Positions 36,555 to 46,237 are shown, counted from the first letter of the stretch. The stretch is DNA of 64,000 nucleotides from a virus (IMGVR_UViG_3300025010_000055:2970-66969), one strand, 5' to 3'. Notes: generated by a model from the sequence alone, not told the origin. Numbers and translations: made by a program.

Positions 36555-36907
36555 TAGTTACAGGTTTTTACGTTAGACCGCAAACTATGGGCATCAAGAA
36601 GGCCCGCAAACTGCAGTTATTTTGCGCTGGTGCTTATATGGCTATGACTGCAGCACCGGCATATGCAGACAGCGGAGCCATAGCCAAAGCGGCGGCCGCT
36701 ACATTCGGAGCCAGCGGACCGGGGCTGGTTATTGTGCAGCTACTATTAATAGCTTGTGTCGGGTGGCTGTCTGGTTATATCGCTCAGGCGGTAGGTCAGA
36801 GCCAGATCGCCAGTATGATTAAAATAACTACTGTATTTTCCTGTATCTCGCTGGTTGCAGGTACAGCGTTCAAGGCCATAAACACCGTGGCAAAATTCTT
36901 AGGCTAG
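36551..36907 (+). CDS. Small membrane protein (pilin-like or SpoIIIAC-like)
   Basis: Signal-like AAPAYA followed by two TM helices. Confidence 0.55.
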   Translation: MIVTGFYVRPQTMGIKKARKLQLFCAGAYMAMTAAPAYADSGAIAKAAAATFGASGPGLVIVQLLLIACVGWLSGYIAQAVGQSQIASMIKITTVFSCISLVAGTAFKAINTVAKFLG

Positions 36908-36920
36908 GGAGGGATAGATT

Positions 36921-37127
36921 GTGAAAAGAAAGGAATACAAAGAAAGTTTACGGCTTATCGGTGAACAGTTAAATAGTTTAGATGACTATGAAATGGATGT
37001 TGAGGATAAATACGATAGAGTGGTTGACGCGTGTTTTGCTCTACTTGCCATGTGTGAAGTTTTTATCGGGCTTATGCCGGATAAGGGAGGGGTAGATTGT
37101 GTTAGTACAGTTACCAGCAGCGACTAA
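36921..37127 (+). CDS. Hypothetical protein
   Basis: RBS GGGAGG; ORF track. Confidence 0.5.
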   Translation: MKRKEYKESLRLIGEQLNSLDDYEMDVEDKYDRVVDACFALLAMCEVFIGLMPDKGGVDCVSTVTSSD

Positions 37128-37749
37128 AATTGTTGGATTGCTACTTTGTGGTATTTTGATGATGGGGAACGCGGTTAGTGGGGTTATTGGCATGGTCACC
37201 GGTGGACCAGTTATAAAAGACATTGGCGACTATTACGAGATTACAGAACGTGTCGGCAATGAATTGGTGTCCGTTATTATTCCCCAGCACCCTACCATAT
37301 GGGATGACGGGGTGGATGAAGTAATCATCAGAGATGAGGCAGGTAAAAAGATAAAAGAGTGGAGATATGACCAGGCTAAATATAAAGCGTTTTATGAAGG
37401 ACTGTCAGAGAAAGAAAAGGCTATTATAGATAAATACAATAACCTGACAGATAGTAAGGAGTCATACCGAAAACTCTTAGAAGACTGCAGGTATCATGCC
37501 TCAGAGGTGGAAATTGAAAAGTATGAAAACGGTTACGTTAAAGGGTATTTTAACGAATATAAATTCTCAGGTAGGGTTTTTGATGCACCGAGCAAAATGG
37601 GTATTGATAATAGCAGGATATCAAAATTAACCATAACCAGGGACGGAGTGACTGAAGTTAACTATGATAGGGGTTGGGATGTGCGGCCGCAGCGCAATAA
37701 CCTAACTGTATACAACGAGATAAAAGAAAAGTTGGAGCACTTGAAATAA
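37099..37749 (+). CDS. Membrane-anchored protein with a C-terminal RISKL...NYDRGWD domain
   Basis: N-terminal hydrophobic helix; C-terminal motif common in mobile elements. Confidence 0.6.
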   Translation: MLVQLPAATKIVGLLLCGILMMGNAVSGVIGMVTGGPVIKDIGDYYEITERVGNELVSVIIPQHPTIWDDGVDEVIIRDEAGKKIKEWRYDQAKYKAFYEGLSEKEKAIIDKYNNLTDSKESYRKLLEDCRYHASEVEIEKYENGYVKGYFNEYKFSGRVFDAPSKMGIDNSRISKLTITRDGVTEVNYDRGWDVRPQRNNLTVYNEIKEKLEHLK

Positions 37750-37774
37750 CCCGAAAGGGTTTATTTTTTTTGTG

Positions 37775-37803
37775 TTGACGTTATCAAAGTAAACGTATAT
37801 ACT
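37775..37803 (+). promoter_or_regulatory. sigmaA promoter with palindromic operator TTGACGTTATCAA
   Basis: TTGACG-17 bp-TATACT; same 13-mer at 38046. Confidence 0.75.
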
Positions 37804-37825
37804 GAATCAAAAGGAGGTTGATAAT

Positions 37826-37996
37826 ATGTGGGGAGGTAAAAGGAATAACGCGGGTCGTAAACAACCAGATGAAAGCGGAATAAGAAAAAACCACAGCATA
37901 AAATTTTCAGATCAAGAGTGGGAAAAGATTGCTAAAAAAGCTGAAGAGAATGGAATAACTACAAGCGAATATATCAGAAGAAAAACCCTTGAATGA
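37826..37996 (+). CDS. GGKR..AGR-motif RHH regulator (not in ORF track)
   Basis: MWGGKRNNAGRK...SIKFSDQEWEKIAKKAEENGITTSEYIRRKTLE; RBS AAGGAGG. Confidence 0.8.
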   Translation: MWGGKRNNAGRKQPDESGIRKNHSIKFSDQEWEKIAKKAEENGITTSEYIRRKTLE

Positions 37997-38045
37997 TAGA
38001 CTATTCGGGGTTTTTCTTATTTTAAAAATAATAGTTAAAAAGGTA

Positions 38046-38074
38046 TTGACGTTATCAAGATACTATGGTAATAT
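38046..38074 (+). promoter_or_regulatory. sigmaA promoter with operator TTGACGTTATCAA
   Basis: TTGACG-17 bp-TAATAT with extended TG. Confidence 0.75.
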
Positions 38075-38122
38075 TAGAACAAGAAAACATACATACGAAA
38101 TCAAAATAAGGAGGACAAGAAT

Positions 38123-38497
38123 ATGAACACACAGTTAACAGAAATTAAAAATAGGTTACCCAAAATGGTTATTATGATGGCAGGGCAGGCAGTAGAAAGC
38201 GGTATTAGGGCATACCGCAAAGCTGAGGAAGAGGCCAGTAAACAAGTAAACCTCCGCGACAGTGGAAAGCCCTACAACTTTACATTAAGACACGCTTATT
38301 ATGACTCAGTAGGAGTTGCCGCAAGTGTGCTCTGGAGAATTTTCTGGTCATGTGAAGCTGACTGTCAGAGTGCTATTGAGAAGGTTGCTGAAAGCACCGG
38401 AAGTTACTACGGATACCCGGAAAAACGCTTTGATGAATTCGTAGTGGCACTGGGCGAGAGATTGGGCGGTAATATAAGAGTAAGAGAAACGTATTAA
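38123..38497 (+). CDS. Hypothetical protein
   Basis: RBS AAGGAGG; ORF track. Confidence 0.65.
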   Translation: MNTQLTEIKNRLPKMVIMMAGQAVESGIRAYRKAEEEASKQVNLRDSGKPYNFTLRHAYYDSVGVAASVLWRIFWSCEADCQSAIEKVAESTGSYYGYPEKRFDEFVVALGERLGGNIRVRETY

Positions 38498-38541
38498 TTA
38501 AAATCAGACTTGGCCGTGCGCGTTGCTCGGTCAAGTGAAAA

Positions 38542-38939
38542 CTCAACGACCCTGCACTAGAAGTGCAGGGGTTCGAAAAGCGACTGGAAGTCGCAATTAA
38601 GACTAAAGTCATCTGGAAGTCCTCTTGCTAAAGCAGACTTAAGCTTGCAACTGAAACTTGCAGACCATACTAAACCGCAACTCTGTATGTTATCGGTAGA
38701 TTTTTAAAGCTTGGCTCTATACGTAGCCTAGTGGCATTTCTACGAGTAGTGGGAGGTTTCTCACAATTTCAGAGCGAGCATCTATAAGTAGCCTAGTGGC
38801 ATTTCTACCGCAAAACCAACTACAACACATGGACTCACCATGTAGTGATTTTTCCGATGCTTCATGGACTATACCACCAACCATTTATGCTAAAGCTGTC
38901 CCGACTGGAAGTCGGGGGTTTTTACCTAACGCATTGAAA
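38542..38939 (-). mobile_element. Non-autonomous IS200/IS605-type element, copy 2 (inverted relative to copy 1)
   Basis: Reverse complement of 5805-6202; flanked by ATAAA (TTTAT on the - strand) at 38940-38944. Confidence 0.8.
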
Positions 38940-38964
38940 ATAAAAATTATGGAGGCCAAAACAC

Positions 38965-39201
38965 ATGAAAACTAGATTAGACGAAGTAATCGCCCAGGTG
39001 CAGGAAAAAATTAAAGCTGAAAACTTACGCATTGCCTACTGCCAGCGTAAAGTTGAAGAAACTATGAAAAGCGGGTTAGACGGCGTTACGGTAGCGGATA
39101 CAATTAGAGTTTATAATCAGCTAATGCGGGAAATAGAAAATGGAATAGATGCTCTTGATACGCAACTATCAGACCTAAAATACATAAGGGGTGATGTTTA
39201 A
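38965..39201 (+). CDS. Coiled-coil hypothetical protein
   Basis: RBS GGAGG; ORF track. Confidence 0.6.
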   Translation: MKTRLDEVIAQVQEKIKAENLRIAYCQRKVEETMKSGLDGVTVADTIRVYNQLMREIENGIDALDTQLSDLKYIRGDV

Positions 39202-39597
39202 GTGGCAATCTGAACGGCTAAAGATGTTCACGGACATACTGGAAGAGCACGGCATAGAAATCACAGACACAGACAGTTGGTTCCTGGAGTGGATAGCTAG
39301 ACAGGATATGGACACGGCAGAGGCCTTGGTTAGTTTACTGAAAAAATGCATCAAGACATGATTATTTATTATGCTACGGGTACCGGAATCCATACGCCAA
39401 CCAGTACGTTAATCCATACGCCGGACCATACGCGCGAACGCTTGTATTAAGCCTGTCAGGTTAGAAAATACGGGTGGTCGCGCCGGGGTTAAAAGGGTTT
39501 GGGAAATGTGCCAGCGCCGGTGGGACTAGCTGTGACTGAAAGATAAGATTACTTAAAACCCCATATTTTTGAGATGGGGTTTTGTTTTTCCTCGTTT

Positions 39598-39792
39598 CTA
39601 ATCCGGCCAAAGATAGTCTACGCTTTTATCTAATGCCTTTGCTATTCTTTTTGCGGTAGAGAGGTATATATTCTTTTGATCGTTCATGATTTTACTAATA
39701 TCACATTGAGGTATTCCTGTCCTTTTTGAAAGTTCAGCCTGTGAAATTCTCTTAAGTAACATAACCTCTCTCATTCTATTCATTAATATCAC
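39598..39792 (-). CDS. XRE-family HTH regulator
   Basis: ISQAELSKRTGIPQCDISKI...AKRIAKALDKSVDYL. Confidence 0.85.
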   Translation of the reverse strand: MILMNRMREVMLLKRISQAELSKRTGIPQCDISKIMNDQKNIYLSTAKRIAKALDKSVDYLWPD

Positions 39793-40010
39793 CGAAATAA
39801 AATTTCTATTATTTGTGGCACATTTCCTTTTAAATAATGTGGGCGCGAAAATTATATGCGAACACGTATAATTATTTGTCGAAAGGTATATGTGTTCACA
39901 TATAAAAAACTATAAAATAGTCAATATGTCGCAAGAGATGTAGTTTTTAAGGAGTTATTATTACAATTTTCGACAAGCCTTTAGGTGTATACTGAAAGGG
40001 AGCGCAATTA

Positions 40011-40214
40011 TTGGGAATAGGAGGAAATATAAAAAAATTTCGTAGGGGTAAGAGATGGACACAGGCTAATTTAGCCGAAGCTACAGGACTAAGCCGTGGA
40101 TATATAGCCGCTATTGAGCAAGAAAATCGTCACCCAAGAACAAAAACATTGGCGATTATTGCCGCAAAACTAGGGGTATGGATAGATGATCTCAGAAAAG
40201 GGGAGGAAGATTAA
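40011..40214 (+). CDS. XRE-family HTH regulator
   Basis: WTQANLAEATGLSRGYIAAIE...P..KTL..IA..LGV. Confidence 0.85.
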   Translation: MGIGGNIKKFRRGKRWTQANLAEATGLSRGYIAAIEQENRHPRTKTLAIIAAKLGVWIDDLRKGEED

Positions 40215-40492
40215 TGACAGAAGTAGAAGAACGTATATTTGTAACTGCATATGATGATGTTAGAAGAATTTCGGAATACACAAACCACACGGGTAGAATA
40301 ATTGAGCTTGGACTGGAAATAATGAGACACTTAGGTCCTCGCTACTCATTACTTTTAAAATATGATATACTTGTTGGCTTATGTCAAGGTCTATATATGG
40401 AGAACGTCTATAGACTTGGGTTTGAAGATGGGGTAAAATGTACTGGGCAGGGGGTTAGCCCGCCCAACAAAATGCATAACAGAAAATTTTGA
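40214..40492 (+). CDS. Hypothetical protein
   Basis: Coupled to the XRE gene; Y..GFEDG motif. Confidence 0.55.
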   Translation: MTEVEERIFVTAYDDVRRISEYTNHTGRIIELGLEIMRHLGPRYSLLLKYDILVGLCQGLYMENVYRLGFEDGVKCTGQGVSPPNKMHNRKF

Positions 40493-40737
40493 TTCATAAT
40501 AACATTGCAAATATACATCTAAACAATACGCCAAAAGCAACAGCACCACTGGGTTTATTGTTGGTGCTGAAATAGCACCGTTACTGAGTTTGCAAAATGC
40601 TGCTTAAAACGTAATAAATCACTATCGAGGGGTAGTTACCTAGATTTATTATATTCCTCTGTATCCCTTTAGTATCAAGGATTACATGGTTTTATGTTGG
40701 GCTTGAAAACTTACAAATGCCCAACAAATGCCCAACA
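40460..40737. other. Putative attP region
   Basis: Arm-type repeats ATGCCCAACA (40717, 40728), inverted TGTTGGGC (40695), CCGCCCAACA (40460), ATGCATAACA (40472), downstream of the integrase. Confidence 0.6.
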
Positions 40738-40760
40738 GAATACTTAAAAAAATAGGCCGC

Positions 40761-41840
40761 CTAATTGGTGGTCTTTTTGTTTTTCTTTTTAGGGGGACCG
40801 TCAAACATATTTCTAATGTTGTCATCAATCTCAATCTGTCTATCTAGTCCCAGGTGCTGGTACACAGTTTTGAGGATGTTTATATCATGGCCGAGTCTTT
40901 GGGCGGCGTATTGGTCCGGCACTCCTCTGCTGTATAGCCAGCTGGCATGATAGTGCCGGAGATCATGGAAACGTATGTCGGGCAGTTTTTTACGATCAAT
41001 TAGTTCCCCGAAATATCCCGAATAATAGTCAGGCCTTAAATTAAAAATTCGCTGAGTTATAGCGGTTTGATTTTTCCTGAGCGTATCCAAAATACCAAGC
41101 AAGTAGGCGGGAATAACAACATCACGTATACCGTTATCCGACTTAGGCGCCTTGTCCTCGTATTCCTTTTTATCGTTTATGCTGTAACTCTCATCTACCC
41201 TGAGCTTGCCCCTATCCCAGTCAATGTCATTCCACTTAAGCGCAAATATTTCACCCCGGCGAAGTCCGCACCAAGCAGCCAGCAGTACAATAGGTTCGTC
41301 TCTGGTATCCTTTACGGCATCGTGAATTATTTGCATCTCTGTATCTGTTGGTACTTTAGGGACGTGTTTATTTGCCTTAGGTAGTTTTATATCCTTGGCA
41401 GGGCTTTTGCCTTTTAAAGCATCCTCTAGGATACATTTTAGGTTAGACATTATCCGCCTAACGGTGGAATTAGCCTTATCCTTTTGTAGCTCGTTCATAA
41501 ACTGCCTAATGTGGATTTCGGTTATTTGATTAAGTTTAAGTTGGCCGAAATACGGGATATAGTGCGCTGTATAGTAAAACTTATACAGCACGAAGGTACC
41601 GGGAGAAAACCTATTTTTATTAAGCTCTAGCCATTTTTCGCACCAGGCTACCACCCGAATGTTTTCTACGTGCACAAAGGTTCCTTCCTCGATCTCCTGT
41701 TCAATCACTCTGGCAGCCGCCTTGCATTCTTTTAGGGTGGGCTTGGTCACGTACTTAAAAAGCTGCTTACCGTTCGCATCCCTGCCTATAAATATTGTAG
41801 CCTGGTATGTTCCGTTTGGACGTTTTTTAATACTAGCCAT
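40761..41840 (-). CDS. int: Tyrosine integrase
   Basis: GLRRGEIFALKW, FHDLRHYHAS, RLGH...VYQH catalytic motifs; N-terminal arm-binding domain. Confidence 0.95.
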   Translation of the reverse strand: MASIKKRPNGTYQATIFIGRDANGKQLFKYVTKPTLKECKAAARVIEQEIEEGTFVHVENIRVVAWCEKWLELNKNRFSPGTFVLYKFYYTAHYIPYFGQLKLNQITEIHIRQFMNELQKDKANSTVRRIMSNLKCILEDALKGKSPAKDIKLPKANKHVPKVPTDTEMQIIHDAVKDTRDEPIVLLAAWCGLRRGEIFALKWNDIDWDRGKLRVDESYSINDKKEYEDKAPKSDNGIRDVVIPAYLLGILDTLRKNQTAITQRIFNLRPDYYSGYFGELIDRKKLPDIRFHDLRHYHASWLYSRGVPDQYAAQRLGHDINILKTVYQHLGLDRQIEIDDNIRNMFDGPPKKKNKKTTN

Positions 41841-42478
41841 TACCTCACCTCCGACTTAAAGCAAATGGCTTTACCGATAATATGAACCGTTTTAGCGTCT
41901 TTTTTAGTAATTATAATGTCTTGGTAGGATGGGTTTTCAGCTCGTAGGATTATGGATCCGTTAAGCTTGTACACCCGTTTTAAGGTTGCATCCTGCTTGT
42001 CTATTAGTACAGCGGCAATCTCACCATTTTCAATGTCGGGCTGCTTACGAATATAAACAAGGTCACCGTCTAGGATCCTGGCGTTAATCATGCTGTCACC
42101 TTTAACCCTTAAGCAGAAATCAACATTTTTATACTCAGAAACATACTCGTAATCTTCTATGTATTCCTGAGCTAATATAGGTTGTCCAGCGGCAATTGTG
42201 CCTACGACTGGAATGCGCTTATACTCTACCTTACTTCCTTCCAGATATCTTTCTATACCCTCTGCGCCCATCAGCCATGCAGGGTTAACATTAAAATACT
42301 TAGCCAATACTTCTACCGTACTTCTTTTAGGCTCCATCTTAGCGTTAACGTACCTGGAAATAGTTGCGGGGGCTAAAAATACGGCTTCGGCAAGTGTGTA
42401 AGTATTTAAATTAAATTCCTCCATTAAATAACCAAGTCTTTCGCCAAATTTCTCTATACTAAAAAATTTCTCTGACAT
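41840..42478 (-). CDS. CI/LexA-like repressor (XRE HTH plus S24 peptidase)
   Basis: IAAGQP Ala-Gly cleavage site, VKGDSM, ATLKR. Confidence 0.92.
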   Translation of the reverse strand: MSEKFFSIEKFGERLGYLMEEFNLNTYTLAEAVFLAPATISRYVNAKMEPKRSTVEVLAKYFNVNPAWLMGAEGIERYLEGSKVEYKRIPVVGTIAAGQPILAQEYIEDYEYVSEYKNVDFCLRVKGDSMINARILDGDLVYIRKQPDIENGEIAAVLIDKQDATLKRVYKLNGSIILRAENPSYQDIIITKKDAKTVHIIGKAICFKSEVR

Positions 42479-42515
42479 AAAAATACCTCCCTTAGATTGT
42501 TATTATATATCTAAA

Positions 42516-42879
42516 CGTTTACCTGTGCAACATTTTTTATTAGTTTTTTATTAATATTGTTTCGCTATGTATTGACATTTTATTTAATTAGCTTTAAAAT
42601 GAACATTAGTTATTACCTCACGCAACATTGAAAGGTGGTGAGAACTTGAACAAAAAAACAGTTCCCCTAATGGCTCTTAAGGGTAAGATTAGAGAAGAAG
42701 GAACCTCTATTCGTAAGCTCGCGCCAGTTGTAGGTATCGCTCCAGCCACTCTCTGCCTTAAAATCAACAGTCATTATGATTTTACCTGTGGCGAAATATC
42801 TAAGATTTGCGAAAGACTTGACATTAAAGCCAATGACATTCCTAAATATTTTTTTCCGTCGATGTTGCGTAGCGAAACA
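42516..42879. promoter_or_regulatory. Lysis-lysogeny switch: four 17-bp operator-like sites and the lytic promoter
   Basis: CGTTTACCTGTGCAACA 42516, TGTTTCGCTATGTATTG 42558, TATTACCTCACGCAACA 42611, TGTTGCGTAGCGAAACA 42863; TTGACA(42572)-17 bp-TAAAAT. Confidence 0.65.
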
Positions 42880-42888
42880 TCGAGTTAA
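42628..42888 (+). CDS. Cro-like HTH (DUF739-like)
   Basis: LKGKIREEG...KINSHYDFTCGEI..IC..LDI...IPKYFF; divergent from CI. Confidence 0.85.
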   Translation: MKGGENLNKKTVPLMALKGKIREEGTSIRKLAPVVGIAPATLCLKINSHYDFTCGEISKICERLDIKANDIPKYFFPSMLRSETSS

Positions 42889-43000
42889 TTAATTGTTCGA
42901 CCAGTCATAAATTTACCACAACTCAGATTTTAATTCTGTAACCGTCGTCACAAAAACGGTGTGAATTTGACCACATTTTCGAAGGGAGGTGAGAAACGAG

Positions 43001-43186
43001 ATGGCTAACATGAGAGCAACAGCCAAGAACGAAAAAACAGCAAGAGACATTATTAACGTCCTTGCTGAGAATGGATGTACTGTAGGTGAATCTAATGTGA
43101 TTTTAAATTTTGTTAAGGCTACAATTGAAAACCGTACCACTGTAACAAAATTAGAATCAAAGCTTTTTGAAACCGAAAAGGATTAA
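43001..43186 (+). CDS. Small hypothetical protein
   Basis: RBS GGGAGGTG within a duplicated leader. Confidence 0.55.
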   Translation: MANMRATAKNEKTARDIINVLAENGCTVGESNVILNFVKATIENRTTVTKLESKLFETEKD

Positions 43187-43380
43187 TTTTTATTGAGGTA
43201 CTCAAGCACTTTAATTAAAACGTCGTGGGTCAATCCGCTAATGTCGGTAAGTTTTATAGCAATAAGGCAATTATAAAGAACGTTGTCGTCAGTGACTACT
43301 ATAAATGTTCTAAAAACGCAGTCATCACGACATTTATCCTTTAGGAATGGACAGAATTGTTTTTCGATAATCGGTATCAA
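43183..43380 (-). CDS. Small antisense Cys-rich protein with a sigmaH-like promoter
   Basis: TTG after GGGAGGTG; CPFLKDKCRDDCVF; upstream AAGGAATTT-N-GTCGAAT on the - strand. Confidence 0.55.
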   Translation of the reverse strand: MIPIIEKQFCPFLKDKCRDDCVFRTFIVVTDDNVLYNCLIAIKLTDISGLTHDVLIKVLEYLNKN

Positions 43381-43459
43381 ATGTTTCACCTCCCTTCCTG
43401 TAGATTGGTAATCTGAACATTTACCGTATTCGACACAAAGGGAGGAAATTCCTTGAAAG

Positions 43460-44425
43460 GTGGTGTTAAAAATTAACGACTTGGTTCTAGTCAAGCAAGA
43501 AAACTTTGGAGCAGTGCAGTGTGATTTCTGGCGTGACCAACAGAATGACATTCTTATGACCAGGGATCAGATTGGCAGTGCTTTGGAATATGCAGATCCT
43601 CAGAAGGCCATAGCAACCATACACGAAAGAAATAAAGACAGACTGGATAAATTCTCAGTGTTCCTCAAACTGAGGGGTACTGACGGCAAACTTTACGACA
43701 CATACGTTTATACTGCCAGGGGTGTTTATGAAATCTGTCGTTTCTCCAGACAGCCAAAAGCTGACGCATTTATGGACTGGGCATGGGATGTTATAGAGTC
43801 CATACGCAAAACCGGCAGTTACACCAAGCCAACCAAATTCCCCTGGGCCGACGATATGAACAAAGCCCTGAGACAAAACGCCAAACTGACCAAGAATCTT
43901 TCTAAGACAGCAAGTATCCGCTTAAATGCCAGCACGCTTCGGCAGGTGCAGGAAAATACCGGCCACAACTACAGCGAGTTAATTTCCATACTCGAAGCCG
44001 ATGCCGAAGCCCAGGAACAAAAACTCGCACAAGCAACCATCAGAGCAGAACAAAAACGCATCCAGGCCGAAGCCAAGGCCGAGAGCAAAGAGGCCAAGGC
44101 ACTAGCCAGCACTCCGATGGGACAAGCTCAACAGGCCTTGGAGTGGATACGCCAGGAATACGCCAAGCAGGGGGACAAGCTAGCACACATACACGAGGAC
44201 TGGTTGTTAGTCCGTTCAGACTTATGGAAAATGTGGGCAGGAAAACGCAAACTAAACCTGACCATGATATGCAGAGAACTGCACAGTCAGGGAATCGTTG
44301 AAAAACATTCCGAGAGTGGTCGCGAACGTTACGGAATTGGTAAGCGGATTGACGGCAAGGCTTACACTTTTATCTGGCTTAAGAGGGACAAGCTAGACTG
44401 GCCGAAACGTCTGGAGGTGGTCTAG
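43460..44425 (+). CDS. BRO-N domain antirepressor-like protein
   Basis: MTRDQIGSALEYADP, GVYEICRFSRQPKADAFMDW...IRKTGSY. Confidence 0.85.
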   Translation: MVLKINDLVLVKQENFGAVQCDFWRDQQNDILMTRDQIGSALEYADPQKAIATIHERNKDRLDKFSVFLKLRGTDGKLYDTYVYTARGVYEICRFSRQPKADAFMDWAWDVIESIRKTGSYTKPTKFPWADDMNKALRQNAKLTKNLSKTASIRLNASTLRQVQENTGHNYSELISILEADAEAQEQKLAQATIRAEQKRIQAEAKAESKEAKALASTPMGQAQQALEWIRQEYAKQGDKLAHIHEDWLLVRSDLWKMWAGKRKLNLTMICRELHSQGIVEKHSESGRERYGIGKRIDGKAYTFIWLKRDKLDWPKRLEVV

Positions 44426-44482
44426 TGGCTAAATCAGGCATCGTAATCACAGAGCGCACCTACAGCACAGACCCGGCAGACC

Positions 44483-45961
44483 ATGACCGCGCCATTAAGG
44501 CGTTGGCTGCCTATATCAAAAAACGTATTGCAAGGACGCAGAAGGAGGCTGGAAACACTGCAGATAGTAAGATTTCAAGCGGAAAACTTCAAGCGAATTA
44601 AAGCCATTGAGATCATCCCGGATGGCAACACGGTTATCATTAGCGGAGCAAATGAACAGGGTAAAACATCTGTGCTGGACGCCATTTGGGTGGCTTTAGG
44701 CGGGGCAGATGCCATAAAAGGTACTAATACAATTATGCCGATACGTCAGGGTGAGAAACGGGCCAGTGTAACGCTTGACCTGGGCGACATAATAGTTACC
44801 CGGGCATGGACAAGCAATGACGGTAAACCCACACTGAAAGTTGAAAACGATCAGGGGGCCAAGTTTTCAAGTCCACAAAAAATGCTTGATAAATTAGTCG
44901 GTAGGTTGTCATTTGACCCTCTGGCATTTGCTCAGCAGGAGGACAAGGATCAGCTTGGTACGCTTATAGGACTAATAGAACTGCCTGTTGACCCTAAAGA
45001 ACTTGAAAGGCAGAAGAAGCAAATATTTGATCTTAGGACATTGGTTAACCGCGAGACAAAGCAGCTTGAAGGACAGTTGGCAGGCATGACTGAGCCTGAT
45101 ACAGACACACCGGAAAAGGAAGTTTCTGCAGTCGATATTATGACCCAGATGCAGGAAGCTAGCGAGACTCTAACGGCTAACAATTTGAAGCGGCAGGAAT
45201 TACAAAGCCTTGGGTTTAGAATAAATCAGCTTGAGGGTGATATTAAATCTATTGATGGTCAGATAGATGAATTACTCAAGAGAATTGATTCATTAAAAGA
45301 AGGCCGATCTAAAGCACAAGAATTACTGGATGATGTAATCTCGAAGGGTATAACGCTACAGTCCGAAGTCAAGGAATTAAAAGACCCCGACACCTTAGAT
45401 TTACAGCAGCAAATGACGGACGTTGAAAAAATCAATAAGTCAGTTAGGGATGCCAAGTCATACCGCGAGGTAGAGCAGAAGCTTAAAACCTCGAAGGGTG
45501 AAAGCGAAAAACTGACCAAGCAGATTGAGGACATTGATAATCAGAAAGAAAACATGCTCAAAGAGGCTAAGTTACCAATTGATGGGTTGGGATTTAATGA
45601 GCAGGGAGTAACCTTCAACGGAATTCCATTTAAGCAGTGTTCGTCAGCCGAGAGGCTAAAAGTTTCAATGGCTATGGCAATGGCTTTAAATCCTGACCTA
45701 AGGGTAATCAGGGCAACTGATGGTAGTCTTTTAGATAGTGCCAGTATGGCGATAGTTAAGCAGATGGCGAAGGACAATGATTTTCAGGTATGGCTTGAGG
45801 TTGTCGATGAAAGCGGAAGTATGGGCGTTTACATCGAGGACGGGGGAATAGCTGAGAAATTGACTGTACCAGCAGTGCAGGTAGGGATGATACCAGAACC
45901 ACCAAAAGTAAAGTCAATAGACGACATACTTTCAGGATTAGGGGAAGAACCTTTATTTTAG
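44483..45961 (+). CDS. SMC/SbcC-like ABC ATPase (true start probably about 44558)
   Basis: ENFKRIK, GANEQGKTS Walker A, long coiled coil, CSSAE signature. Confidence 0.8.
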   Translation: MTAPLRRWLPISKNVLQGRRRRLETLQIVRFQAENFKRIKAIEIIPDGNTVIISGANEQGKTSVLDAIWVALGGADAIKGTNTIMPIRQGEKRASVTLDLGDIIVTRAWTSNDGKPTLKVENDQGAKFSSPQKMLDKLVGRLSFDPLAFAQQEDKDQLGTLIGLIELPVDPKELERQKKQIFDLRTLVNRETKQLEGQLAGMTEPDTDTPEKEVSAVDIMTQMQEASETLTANNLKRQELQSLGFRINQLEGDIKSIDGQIDELLKRIDSLKEGRSKAQELLDDVISKGITLQSEVKELKDPDTLDLQQQMTDVEKINKSVRDAKSYREVEQKLKTSKGESEKLTKQIEDIDNQKENMLKEAKLPIDGLGFNEQGVTFNGIPFKQCSSAERLKVSMAMAMALNPDLRVIRATDGSLLDSASMAIVKQMAKDNDFQVWLEVVDESGSMGVYIEDGGIAEKLTVPAVQVGMIPEPPKVKSIDDILSGLGEEPLF

Positions 45962-45964
45962 GGG

Positions 45965-46237
45965 GTGGACAGAATAAATAATCTAGCCAATGAGTTAGCC
46001 ATTATGAACGAAACGCTGGGAATCATTAAAAAAACCACAGGCTGTTTCGGGGCCATGCAGGGGATTAAATTCAATCCAGACGGTAACCGCGAGGGCCAGA
46101 TCCTACAGTTCCAGCTTGGCGAGGATGCTTTTCAGAACCTGGTTTCTGAGTTAGACCTGATAGATAGCGTTTTTTATCAAGATATTTACGGCGTTGTAGA
46201 CTATGCCGGGTGTCAGTTCTTTTATCTGACCAAGTAG
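45965..46237 (+). CDS. Hypothetical protein
   Basis: ORF track; operon position. Confidence 0.5.
   Translation: MDRINNLANELAIMNETLGIIKKTTGCFGAMQGIKFNPDGNREGQILQFQLGEDAFQNLVSELDLIDSVFYQDIYGVVDYAGCQFFYLTK

Noticed and set aside
39460-39545. tRNA or tRNA fragment at a possible att site
   Set aside because: GC-rich but no cloverleaf or TTCGA T-loop; I recognised no tRNA (including tRNA-Sec) anywhere in the window
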